The notes beneath the pieces were generated by a model. It worked only from the letters and a program-made list of their open reading frames with translations. It had not been told where the DNA came from and did not search any database. From NCBI GenBank assembly GCA_028826165.1, contig JAPDFW010000098.1, positions 1 to 51,171 on the forward strand: a DNA stretch of 51,171 bases, in the 5' to 3' direction. The translations under genes were made by a program, and so were the position numbers. Source of the stretch: Anaeramoeba ignava BMAN (taxonomy: Eukaryota > Protista > Anaeramoebae). Numbering within the stretch: position 1 is the first letter of the stretch; each line of letters begins with the position of its first letter. Positions 22,105 through 33,300 of the stretch are shown piece after piece.

Positions 22105-24288
22105 TTATTCTTTATTATTTTTGTTTTGTTCTTTTAAACTTCTTCCAACTTTCTCCCAAAATATTTTCTCAAAATTCATCAAAGGACTTTCAAAACAAAG
22201 CGAAAGAAGAAAACCTGCAGCAAAACCAAGAACAGAAAATCCACAAAAATAAACAGCAATAATAGAATCTGACCAGTAAAAAGAGGCTTTAAAATCAGCT
22301 TCGATTGTGCGCATAATAATTGGATGAATCAAGTAAGTAGCATAAGTTGCACGAGAAAAAGGAACCCAAAAATCTGAGGATAAAAAGACCAAAATAGATC
22401 CACCATACCCAGCAAGAAACAAATAAAGAAGAATAAGCAAACCCAATGAAAAAGCAAATCGGGAAAATGTTATGAACCAAATGTTCTCACTTTTGTTCCA
22501 ACCATTAAGATCGTCGGAATGATAAAGGGAATAAGTGCCAAAAGTTGTGATTGTCATCAAAAAACCTGCGAATAGAAACAAGGAGATTCTCAATTTTTTT
22601 CGCACTTTCCTTGATGAATTTTCTGGTCTTTCATAGAGAACAAATCCCAGAATCATCCCAAGAAGAAAAGGCGTAATCCTGCACCAGGGCTTGACATAGA
22701 CTTTATTCCAATAATCAGAGCTATTTGGAGCAGCAACAGATTGAGAAATGTTATAACCAGAAACAACACTTGCAGTTATGATAAAAGAAAGGATCATCAA
22801 CGAAAAAACGGAAAAATAACCGAATTTGCGGTTTCGATAAAACAGGAAAATAATTGCTGGAGAAAGTAGATAAAATTGGAAGTCCAGTGAAAGATACCAC
22901 AAATGACCAAAACAACTGTTCTCCCATTTTGGATAGAAATCAGTAATCAAAAAAGCATTTGCCCACCAGCTTTTGGAACAAGGTTTATTCACCGACTCCT
23001 GATAGAGTTTCCACATTGGACCATTTCCGAGTTGGATTGCGAATTTCCAACCGATCCAAATCACGATCAAAAATAACGGTGCAATTCTCCAATAACGATG
23101 AAAATAGAATTTCACTAAAGACACTTTGCCGTTGGTTGATTTCAACTGGGCCAAGAGGCTATGCACCGCAAGCATCCCGCTCAATACGAAGAAAAGATCG
23201 ACTCCAAACTCAGCCCCAACAACAAACTGGAAGGAAAACCTTTTCAGAAGCGATTCTGCTCCCAAAATGTTACCCACAGCAGCTGTCGCAATGAAATAGG
23301 AGTATGTGTGTCCCAAAATGATCCACAACATGCTCAAAACACGAAGAGAATGAAGAACCTTAAATGAATTATGGGATTCTGTGGCGATTCTTGGAATGTT
23401 TTTCAAAAGTGAAAATTGAAGGAAAAATTCCACTTTCCAATTGTTTTTTGCTGTTCCACTTTTTTTCTTTTTCTCTTGATTTCCCTGTTTACTTTGTGTT
23501 AGTCCGTTATGTTGGTTTTCCTCTTCAGAACTCTGAATCTCTTGCTGTATATTTGGTTCAAAAGGATTTGTCTCTTCGTTATCTATCAAATTCCTCATCG
23601 GCAATGAAGAGTCCAATTGCATAAATTCTGCAGAAGTTTTCTCTTGCGTCTCCATTTCCTCGTTTTTTGCAAGTACATCGTTATCTTTTAGGCTTTGTTT
23701 TTCTGGATCGTTTGATTTTTCAACTTTTTCTGAGTTTGGCTTCAAATTTTTTGGATGCTTGTTTGAATTAGGGTTTTCTTGTTCTTCTCTCTTAAGAATT
23801 CTGCTATGAAGAAATGTGCCGATCACAACAGTCATCCCAACAAACACAAAAAACAAGACAATCAATAAAAACGAGATTGATTTTCGATACTCAATTGAGC
23901 AACTGACAGAAATTGGATAATTTTCTGGAATGGGAAGAAAACTTCGAATTTTAGGCACAAAATAATTCAACTCACTCTCAGTGCAGTTAAATGGTAAACA
24001 TGCACCAAGTGACACATCCACGTCTCGGAATTTTGTTTTGAGTACACAATATCGGGTTAGCTTCACTATTTGATTTTTATTGATTTCTAAACAAGATTCA
24101 TATTTTCCAAGGTCGTTTATATTTGTTCCCCATGTTTTCAGAATTTCATCCCATTTTGGATAAGTGTGGGTTATATATAATGATTGAAGATCATTGATGC
24201 ATTGAGATGTATTTTGTGTTTTTGTCATTTTAAAATGAAAAAGTAGTAAAAATATGAATAAAAAGAATTTAGGGAATTTTAAAATCAT
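22105..24288 (-). CDS. NRF-6/OACYL-like membrane O-acyltransferase (N-terminal NRF domain + acyltransferase-3), 727 aa, intronless
   Basis: Signal peptide and Cys-rich NRF-like segment (NDLGKYESC...YC...LGACLPFNC). Acyl_transf_3 motifs LRVLSMLWIILGHTY, GVDLFFVLSG, FYFHRYWRIAP, CFGHLWYLSLDFQFYLLSP, YVKPWCR, SRATYATYLIHP, FESP. Confidence 0.92.
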   Translation of the reverse strand: MILKFPKFFLFIFLLLFHFKMTKTQNTSQCINDLQSLYITHTYPKWDEILKTWGTNINDLGKYESCLEINKNQIVKLTRYCVLKTKFRDVDVSLGACLPFNCTESELNYFVPKIRSFLPIPENYPISVSCSIEYRKSISFLLIVLFFVFVGMTVVIGTFLHSRILKREEQENPNSNKHPKNLKPNSEKVEKSNDPEKQSLKDNDVLAKNEEMETQEKTSAEFMQLDSSLPMRNLIDNEETNPFEPNIQQEIQSSEEENQHNGLTQSKQGNQEKKKKSGTAKNNWKVEFFLQFSLLKNIPRIATESHNSFKVLHSLRVLSMLWIILGHTYSYFIATAAVGNILGAESLLKRFSFQFVVGAEFGVDLFFVLSGMLAVHSLLAQLKSTNGKVSLVKFYFHRYWRIAPLFLIVIWIGWKFAIQLGNGPMWKLYQESVNKPCSKSWWANAFLITDFYPKWENSCFGHLWYLSLDFQFYLLSPAIIFLFYRNRKFGYFSVFSLMILSFIITASVVSGYNISQSVAAPNSSDYWNKVYVKPWCRITPFLLGMILGFVLYERPENSSRKVRKKLRISLFLFAGFLMTITTFGTYSLYHSDDLNGWNKSENIWFITFSRFAFSLGLLILLYLFLAGYGGSILVFLSSDFWVPFSRATYATYLIHPIIMRTIEADFKASFYWSDSIIAVYFCGFSVLGFAAGFLLSLCFESPLMNFEKIFWEKVGRSLKEQNKNNKE

Positions 24289-24499
24289 TTGATAAAAAAA
24301 AAGAAAAAAAGTTGTTTTTGTTTTTTTTTTTGATTTTTAATAAAAGAATAAAAGAAAAAGTGAAAAATTGTTTTTGAAAAAATTTCATTTTTTTTTTAAT
24401 TTTTAATTTTTAATTTTTAAAAAATTTTTTGGTTTTTTGATTTTTTGGATTTGATTTTTTCTTCAATAAAATTTCTATTGCAATAAAAATAAAAAATTC

Positions 24500-27022
24500 T
24501 CATTTCTTTTCTTGAAAATCTTTAAAAAGAAATTCCAAAAAATGCAACTTTTGAAATTCTTCAATTTGATTTTGATAATTTTTTTTAATATGGTCTATCA
24601 AAGAAGACATTTTTTTGCGAAGAATAGTTGAGAAGAGATTTTTGATTGAAGAAGTTAACATATTGTCTTTTCCGACATTTTGTTTCAAAATATCAAAAAT
24701 AAAATCAAACAAATTCAAGCAAATGATATTTTCCAAATATTGATTGTCATTCATCATGACAATTTCGCGAAAGCACCTGACAACAGACAGCTTGGCGTTA
24801 TTAGAACCCAATGAATTTGCGTAAGAGAAAAGATTCTGGATGATTGAATTTGATATCAAAAAAGAACGGTTTTTTTCCAAGTCAATTAAATTGCAAAAAA
24901 TAATAAAATCACAAAGTAAACCAAGTAAAATATGATTTACTTGGACAGTGTTATTGTGTTCTGCTTTCTTGGGTTGCGGTTCCATTATCGGCTCAAAAAG
25001 CTTTGGAAGAATCCTGTTGAAAAAGAACAATGTCCAATGAGAATCCTTGAAAATGCGCCGATCTTGTTGTGATTGGAAAAGCGATTTGAAAAATTCAAAC
25101 ATTGCAAATTGAACTCCAAAATCGTTGCTAGTGTGGAAAACATTGACTAAGTTATTCGAGAGCGGATTATCCATGATCTTCTTTGATCTCTTCATAATGA
25201 AATTGGCCATCATTTTCGGATATTTGCTTGAGATCATCATCGCTATTTCGATGGATTGGGTCGTTGTTTTTTCCGAAACGCGATCTTGAATCGCTTGAAT
25301 TATTATTTCCAAAATATCCGGGCAATAAAGGTTCTTCGAAAATCCTGGACGGAATTGTATTTCAACATCGTCAGTGATCTTAAAAAGTTCGAGTAAAAAT
25401 AAAATCAAAAGTGATTTTTCTTCAGGTTTTTCTTTTGCATTTTCAAATAGATTTTTCAATGTAGAAATCACATTATATTCGTTGTATAATCTTCGAAGCA
25501 CTTCTTTTTTCTTTGAAACTAGAAAGTTTTTTGTGTAGATTCGTCCCATTTCAAAAGAAAATTCTGGGAGAATTGCTGATTCAAAATATTCTAATTTATG
25601 AATATATCCAATCATTTTTACAACTAAATCATCCACTCTAATTAAATTGTGAAATTTGCTGAATTGTGTAAGAAATTCCCTGTGATTTGTTTTTTTCGTT
25701 ATTTTTGAGTTTGTTGATTTCAATGTTTCTGGTGGTGGAAATAGATATTCAAAAATTCCAATACTAATTGGAATATTTTCTTCAGAATACATTATATTTA
25801 AAATTTTTGGATCTTCTAAATTATGAACTGCTTTGAGAATGTGTGCAATATAGCTTAGATTCAATCTATTTTCTTTGTTTTGTGTTTTATTGTATTTATT
25901 TTCCATTTTTTTGAATAAAGCAAAGAGTTTGTGAACGAAGTGCTAAATTTTCATCAATAATTTTTGAATATTTTTAAATATTTTTAAATGAATTTTTAAA
26001 TATTTTTAAATGAATTTTTAAATATTTTTATAAATGAATTTTTATAAATGAATTTTTAAATGAATTTTTAAATATTTTTAAATATAATTTTTATAAATGA
26101 ATTTTAATTTTACTTCTCCTAAAATTGTTTTAATTCGTTTATCTCTTAAATAAAAAGGAATTTCTCGAAGAAAACTATAAAGAAAACTTAAAGTTTCTTC
26201 TTGAGGATCAGGAAAAGTTTCATTCTCTTCTTCAATATCGCTTTCATCATCACTTTTATTCCCATTAGAAATACTTCTTGTAGCAGTATCAGTTTCGTCA
26301 TCACTTTTGGGATTAGAATCATTAGAGTTTTCAACTTGATTAATATTAATGATGACATTTTGATTTTTATTTTTTTGATTTTGATTTAGATTTTCATTTT
26401 CATTTAAATTTTCATTTTGATTTTCATATCCATTTAAATTTCCATATTCATTTAAATTTTTATATTCATTTAAATTTTCATATTCATTTAAATTTCCATA
26501 TTCATTCAAATTTTTATTTTCATTCAAATTTTCATTTTCATTCTCAAATCCATCGAAATCTTTAAATAATTTCTGCAATTTTGATTGCTTTGGAAAAACT
26601 TCATCATTTCTAGAAAATAAATAGTTTTCATCTTCCAAAATAGTTTTTTGAAAACTTAAAATATCACTAAAAGGATCATCACTAACGGTTCTTTTAAGAA
26701 AACCTAAATTATATTCTGAATTGAATTGTTGATCATCTTTAAGTAAATCAAATATGAAATTGCAATCTTGTTCAGTTTCAAAATCCAAAGAATAAACAGG
26801 TTCTTCAAATTCATCTTTTTGTTCAATTGAAAAAATAATTGATTTGTTATACATTGAAAATTTTGATTTGGATTCAACAAAAAGTTTAAAGTCTTCTTTT
26901 GCATCCTGTATTATAATTTCAACTCCTTCTCCTTGAGTATTTATTTCTATAATTCCTTTTGCTTGCGGAATCCATTCTTCACTTTCCATTTTAGATATTT
27001 CTGATATTATTTCTAGATTCAT
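24500..27022 (-). CDS. Protein phosphatase 4 regulatory subunit 3 (SMEK/Psy2-like); exons 27022-26114 and 25942-24500
   Basis: N-terminal EVH1-like region (WIPQAKG...SLDFETEQDCNFIF), Smk-1-like region (HKLFALFKKME...MYSEENIPISIGIFEY) and C-terminal LSVVRCFREIV..NDNQY...LFDFIF...N..KDNMLTSSIKNLF. The GT-AG intron 26113-25943 joins the two ORFs in frame. Confidence 0.8.
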
Positions 27023-27404
27023 TTGAAAAAATTTTTATTATAAATTTTTTTGCTTTTTTATTTTTTTTATTTTTTCTTATTTTTTTCGTTTAAATTGATT
27101 TGGTTTAAATTTAATAGAATAAAATTGAATAGAATTTAATAGAATAAAAAGTTTTAATTTTTTATTTTGGAATCTTTTTATGATTTTTGTTTCTTTTTTT
27201 TTTTTTTGATTGTATTTCTTCTTCTTTTCCTTTTTCTCTTTTTAAATAATAAGAAAAAATTTAAATTAAAAAAAAAAAAGAAAAATGAAAAATTGAAAAA
27301 AAAAAATTTTAATTAATTAATTAATTAATAAAAAAAAAAAAAAACTATAAAAACCAAAAACTTTCATTTTTCTTTTTTTCATTTTTCTCTTTATTTTTTT
27401 ATTA

Positions 27405-28283
27405 ATGGAAGTTGAAGATACTTTATGGATAATTTTCTCTTATTTAGATCCAAAAGCATTAATTAATTGTTCACAAGTTTGTTGGAAATGGAATCAAATA
27501 TCAGAAGATCCACAATTATGGAAACAATTAGTTGAAAAAAAAACTGAAGGATATAATTCAAGAAGAAAATTAACAAAACAGAAGGAAGTTCTTATTGAAT
27601 TTGATCAATATCTTGGAGAAAATTATCATTTCGAAGTTGATTATGATCGCAAATACAGTTGGAAAGAAGTTTATATGATCCTGTCAAAAATTCACTATTA
27701 TCAATTTGAATCCCCAATTATGCTTTATTCAAGAGGATTTGATCATCAAATTTATGGAGAAGATATTTTAACTAACGGATATTCAAACGATCCAAAATTG
27801 GAAAAAAATTTAACTGAAGAAGAGAAAAAAGAACTGGAATCAAAACTGTTTTATAAAATTTCTCATGCAATTTCAAGTCAATGTTCTGATATTTATTCCA
27901 TTTTTAAATATTGTAGAGTTTTTGATTTAAAACATAAAATTTTGTCTTGCATGATTGACTTGTTTAGAATCAAAAATGAAAACAATAAAACGGTTCCTTT
28001 ATTGAAAACTATTCTGATTTCAAAACAAAAATTAACTTCAGATGAACTTGATTCTGCTACTTATTTTCTTTTGGGTCAATTTTCTGATGGAATTGCTGAA
28101 AACGGTTGCGAAATTTATGACCAAAATTGCAAGTATGAAAGTGCTTCTTTATGGTGGTTTTATAATAAAAGAGATCATCCTTTTTATTTGAAACTTGTTT
28201 ACACTACAGATGAAAAAATGAGATATAAACAAGCGTTAAATTTTGCAGAAGAAAGATACACTTCAAAAAGAAAAAATAATTGA
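27405..28283 (+). CDS. F-box protein, 292 aa, C-terminal region unassigned
   Basis: N-terminal F-box EDTLWIIFSYLDPKALINCSQVCWKWNQISEDPQLWKQL. Confidence 0.88.
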   Translation: MEVEDTLWIIFSYLDPKALINCSQVCWKWNQISEDPQLWKQLVEKKTEGYNSRRKLTKQKEVLIEFDQYLGENYHFEVDYDRKYSWKEVYMILSKIHYYQFESPIMLYSRGFDHQIYGEDILTNGYSNDPKLEKNLTEEEKKELESKLFYKISHAISSQCSDIYSIFKYCRVFDLKHKILSCMIDLFRIKNENNKTVPLLKTILISKQKLTSDELDSATYFLLGQFSDGIAENGCEIYDQNCKYESASLWWFYNKRDHPFYLKLVYTTDEKMRYKQALNFAEERYTSKRKNN

Positions 28284-28333
28284 AAAAAAAAAAGAAGAAG
28301 AAAATAATTTTTTTTCTTTTAGGGAAAATTAAA

Positions 28334-29297
28334 TCAACCTTTTTTTGTTTCTTCATTTTCTTTTCCTTTTCTTAAAAAGTAAATATAAAAGGTGAATTTC
28401 TCTTCTTCTTTTTCACAAGCTATTTTTAATTTTTTAATTTTAATTTTTTAATTTTAATTTTATAATTTTAATTTTTTAATTTACAAATAATTTTATGAGA
28501 AATTTTCCATTTAAATTTTTTATTTTTTAAATAAAACATTCTATCAAATGGTGTTCCCCATGTAATTTCAATAAAAATTGAATTAGGTTTCATTATTCTA
28601 TATATTTCTGATAACATTTTTAATGAATTTTCTTTTGGATATTCAGTCTAAAATAAAATAAATTAAAATAATAAAATTAAATCAAAAAATTTTAAAGTTA
28701 TTTTACTAATAAACTATCTAAAGTTCCTTTATCAATAATACAATCAAAACTTTCATCTTTAAATGTTAAATTTCTTGTATCCATAATTTCAACTAAAAAA
28801 AAAGCAAAAAAAAAAAGTGGAACAAAATAAAAAAAATTTTTTTTTCTTCTCTTTAAAAAATACATTTAATTGATAAATTCTGATATTTTTTTTTCATTTT
28901 TTCAATTGCTGTTTCAGAAATCTAATAAACTAATAAATGAATAATTTATAATTTATTAAAGAATTTTATTTTAATTTACATCAATATTTGTTATTTCTGA
29001 AAATCCTTTTTGATATAATTTTTTTGCGAAATCTTTAAACAAAAATTAATAAATTAAAATTATTTTTTAAATTTGAATTTGAATTTGAATTTGAATTTAT
29101 TTTTTAAATTTGAATTTGAATTTGAATTTATTTTTTATACTGCTTGTTCCACATCCAATTTGAAGAATTTTCATTGATTTATCAATAAAACAATGTTTAA
29201 TTTTTGGATAAATTTTTGAAAAAGTTGAATACCAATCCATTTCTTGTTTTTCTGATGAATAAATATTATCCCAATATTCTTTTTTTGTAAAATTCAT
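28334..29297 (-). CDS. Class I SAM-dependent methyltransferase, EEF1AKMT4/METTL13-N-like; exons 29297-29141, 29032-28980, 28921-28864, 28792-28707, 28647-28485, 28419-28334
   Basis: Spliced: FTKKEYWDNIY...DWY...ILQIGCGTSNFAKKLYQKGFSEITNIDISETAIEKM...FEIMDTRNLTFKDESFDCIIDKGTLDSLL...MLSEIYRIMKPNSIFIEITWGTP. Five GT-AG introns, all in frame. Confidence 0.9.
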
Positions 29298-29419
29298 TTT
29301 TAATTTTAAAAAGAAATGAAAAAAATGAAAAAAAATTTTTTAATATTATTTTTTTTTATTTAAAAGAAATTTAGAAATTATATTCACATTTAAAAAAAAA
29401 GAATTCAAAAAAAAAAATA

Positions 29420-30304
29420 AATCAATTTTCATATAAAGTTTTAAATCAATTTCGGAATAAATTTTCAAATCAGTTTTCATATAAGTTTTCATATAAATTT
29501 TTAAATCAATTTCGGAATAAGTTTTAAATCAATTTTTAAATCAGTTTTCATATAAATTTTTAAATCAAGTTTTAAATCAATTTTTAAATCAGTTTTCATA
29601 TAAGTTTTAAATCAAGTTTTCATATAAATTTTCATATAAATTTTCATATAAATTTTTAAATCAGTTTTCATATAAATTTTTAAATCAGTTTTCATATAAA
29701 TTTTTAAATCAGTTTTCATATAAATTTTTAAATCAGTTTTCATATAAAATTTTAAATCAGTTTTCAAATCAATTTTTAAATCAGTTTTCATATAAGTTTT
29801 AAATCAGTTTTTATATAAGTTTTAAATCAAGTTTTCATATAAAGTTTTAAATCAGTTTTCATATAAGTTTTAAATCAATTTTTAAATCAAGTTTTCATAT
29901 AAATTTTTAAATCAATTTTTAAATCAGTTTTCATATAAATTTTTAAATCAATTTTTAAATAAATTTTCATATAAGTTTTAAATCAATTTTTATATAAATT
30001 TTTAAATCAGTTTTCATATAAATTTTGGAATCAATTTTCATATAAATTTTTAAATCAATTTCGGAATAAGTTTTCATATAAGTTTTAAATCAGTTTTCAT
30101 ATAAGTTTTCATATAAAGTTTTCATATAAAGTTTTCATATAAAGTTTTCATATAAAGTTTTCATATAAAGTTTTCATATAAAGTTTTCATATAAAGTTTT
30201 CATATAAATTTTCAAATCAATTTTTATATAAGTTTTAAATCAATTTTTATATAAATTTTTAAATCAGTTTTCATATAAGTTTTCATATAAAGTTTTCATA
30301 TAAA
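29420..30304. repeat. Complex minisatellite built from ~12-13-bp modules (GTTTTCATATAAA / TTTTTAAATCA)
   Basis: Direct reading; pure (GTTTTCATATAAA)n at ~30105-30205. Confidence 0.9.
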
Positions 30305-33300
30305 TTAAAATTGAAATCCACAACAAATAACATCGCCATTTCCATTTGCACCAAAAATCCATCTTTCATTAGGTGAAAGAGCAACAGAACGAATTGCAGT
30401 TTTCATATCAGCAGAAAACAATATTTTAAGAGAATATAATTCACGAATTTGGAGCATACCACTTTTGCCACCAAGAACAAAAAAAGGATGATTTTTAGCA
30501 AATGCCCAAGAATAAACAATTTGGGGACAAGAAGAACTGACAAGATGTTTTCCATTAAGAGAGAATAAATGAATAGTTAGGTCTTCAAAAGTATAAACAA
30601 CAAGATATCCCTGAGTGCAAATTTTAACAAGAGTTATATATTGTGATTGTGATGTTTTTGTTGTTGTTGTTGTTGATAAATAAATTGTTCTTATATGCTT
30701 TCCTTTGCGAAGACTATAAACCACAACAGATCCATCTGATAATCCACCAACAATAAGATCCAAATCAATATTCACATCGAGACAAACAACTTCGGAATCA
30801 TGAGAAGAAAGAATGCAATTTGGTGTTTCATTCACTTTTCCCTGAATATAATCAAATTCCCAAACAATTATCGTTGTGTCAAGTGATCCTGTTACAAGAA
30901 TATTTTTTTCAACTGCTGTGCAAGTTACTATGTTTTTGTGCATGTGGATTGTGTCAGTCAGTTTGGAACTTTCAAGATGGAAAATTTTTAAACTATCATC
31001 CCAATATCCACAGCTTATGAAAAATTTTGAATTGCTTGAAAGTTTGAAACAATTAGAGATATTTTTGATTTCTTTCGAAAATGATACTCCAATTTGTGGT
31101 GAATTTTTTGATGTATCTATATCTAAACTGATAATTCTATTTTGATCTAAATTTTCTTTTTCTAATTGATTTTGATATTGATTTTGATTTTGATTTTGAT
31201 TTTGATTTTGGTTTTTATTTTGATTTTGATTTTGATTTTGATTTTGATTTTGATTTTGATTTTGATTTTGATTTTGATTTTGTTTTTCATTTTGATTTTG
31301 TTTTTCATTTTGATTTTGTTTTTCATTTTGATTTTCATTTTGTTTTTCATTTTGATTTAATTTTTGATCAATGCTTTGATTCCGAGATATAATAAATCGA
31401 TGCTCCATTAATTTCCTTGATTCATCAAAAACCCAAATACGACCATTCAAATTTGTTGTAACAAAATTTGGAGAAAATTCAGAAAACCCCAAAAAAACAA
31501 GACTGTTATCTGAAACATGGAAAGTAAAATATTTAAAAGATTCACGAATTTTTGAAGGATTCCAAAAGGAAAGCTCTTTCTGAATTTGAGTTTGAGGAAG
31601 TCTTTTTGGATGAGGTTTCCTGAAAAGTTTGATTGGGGTTTGTCCATAATATTCAATTTGGGATTGAACAGAAGAAATATCTGAAGGATCAACTTTGGAA
31701 AGATCGACACAATTTTCGTATGAAATATAGTGGAAAACATTATATGATTTGATAGCTTCTTCACCTGTTTGTTTGTAACCGAAAATCAAGTCAATCCATT
31801 CTGAAAGATGAAGAGAAACATATTCTGATTCAAGTGCCTCGCGATGAATGCGGACAAATTCCTGAGAAGAATGAGCCCAGGGAGGAAGTAACACATCACC
31901 AACTTCTTCGTTGTTTTGTTTTTTTCCAAGATTTATTTTGTTGCAATTTTCAAACATTTCGGGAAGATAAAAAAACTCAGGAATCAATTCCTTCACATCC
32001 GCATTATTGCGCATAAGATCTTCCCATGTATTTGGAATTGAAGAGAACATTCTATCGGGTTTATCGAATTTTCCTCCTTGAAATTTTATTGCGAGAGAAG
32101 TGAACGGATATACTCTGACCATGTAATTCAATACAATTCCTGGATTTGAATAATGCGTTCCGTGATGAAAAGCTGGTGTTCCTTTTGGAAAAGAATTATA
32201 ACGTTCGTTAAGCATGGGAAGGATATTCTTGCTTAGCGCACCGATTGGCTTTGATAAATCACGATAAATATTTGGATCGTTGAGATCAATTTCTGGGGAA
32301 TTGTAATCACATAAAATCCACGGGAAAACTGGATATTGAGAAAGATCGTTGTATGTTCGACCAGAAAGTGTGTTCAAACACATTAAATACTCGAAATTCG
32401 AAATTTTCCTTCTTTTCCATTTGCGGGTGAGTCTTGTTTTCTTAAGAAATGATCTTGGACTCGTGACAAAATTTGCAGGTGTGCTTGGAAGACCAAGTGA
32501 TTTATGTGTTGTGATTTGAGCAAAAATTTTATCTCTCAAATCAGCTTCGAAAGTCAGAAAAAAGTTCTTTTTTGTATTCAGAAAAATCTCAATTGCGCAA
32601 TGGCTGTAGATATATCTGCGCTTGTGGAGCCCGATAATCGAGCTCACAGACCAATTATAATCCTTATTATGGATATCTTCTTTCCGATACAGATTTGGAT
32701 TTTCCTCGATTCTCTTCTCGTCAACATAAAAACTGATGTGAGAATTCGTCACTTCGAATATTCCTGGTGTTCTTGATAACGGAAGAATCAGATGGCATGT
32801 GTATCTTGCTGTTGTTGGGATCGAAATGGTTTTTCTACGAAGGAAAATATCCTTGAGTTTAATTGATCCAAAATGAGATGGTTTATTTTCGTGGGAAATG
32901 GAGTTTCTTTTGGATTCGCTGAAATCATTAAAATCATTTAAATCATTCAAATCATTCATGTGCATTTCGGAATAATCCATATTATCAGCAATCTCTTGAT
33001 CATCGATATCTTCGTTTCCATCATCGCTATCAATCTCACTAATTGTACTTGAATCGCCAAATACCTCGTTCAAATCCTTAATGTTGCGATTCTGTGCATT
33101 TTTATCATCGATTTGCGAAATTTGCAAATTAAGTTCATCAATTTTGCGTTCTGCATTATTAGTCAGAGAAGAATCCTGGTGAACAGAGGAATCAGGATAT
33201 TGAGAGAAGTTATATTCAATCTTCATTCTGCGGCGACAACGCAGATGATCCTCTATCTTGTCCAGTTTCCAATGTTGGCCGCTTTGGTTTTGAGTTTTGA

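Noticed and set aside
22105-29297. Acyltransferase and methyltransferase as tailoring genes of an NRPS cluster
   Set aside because: They are separated from the NRPS by CAF1, eIF3b and a satellite, and both belong to ordinary eukaryotic families.
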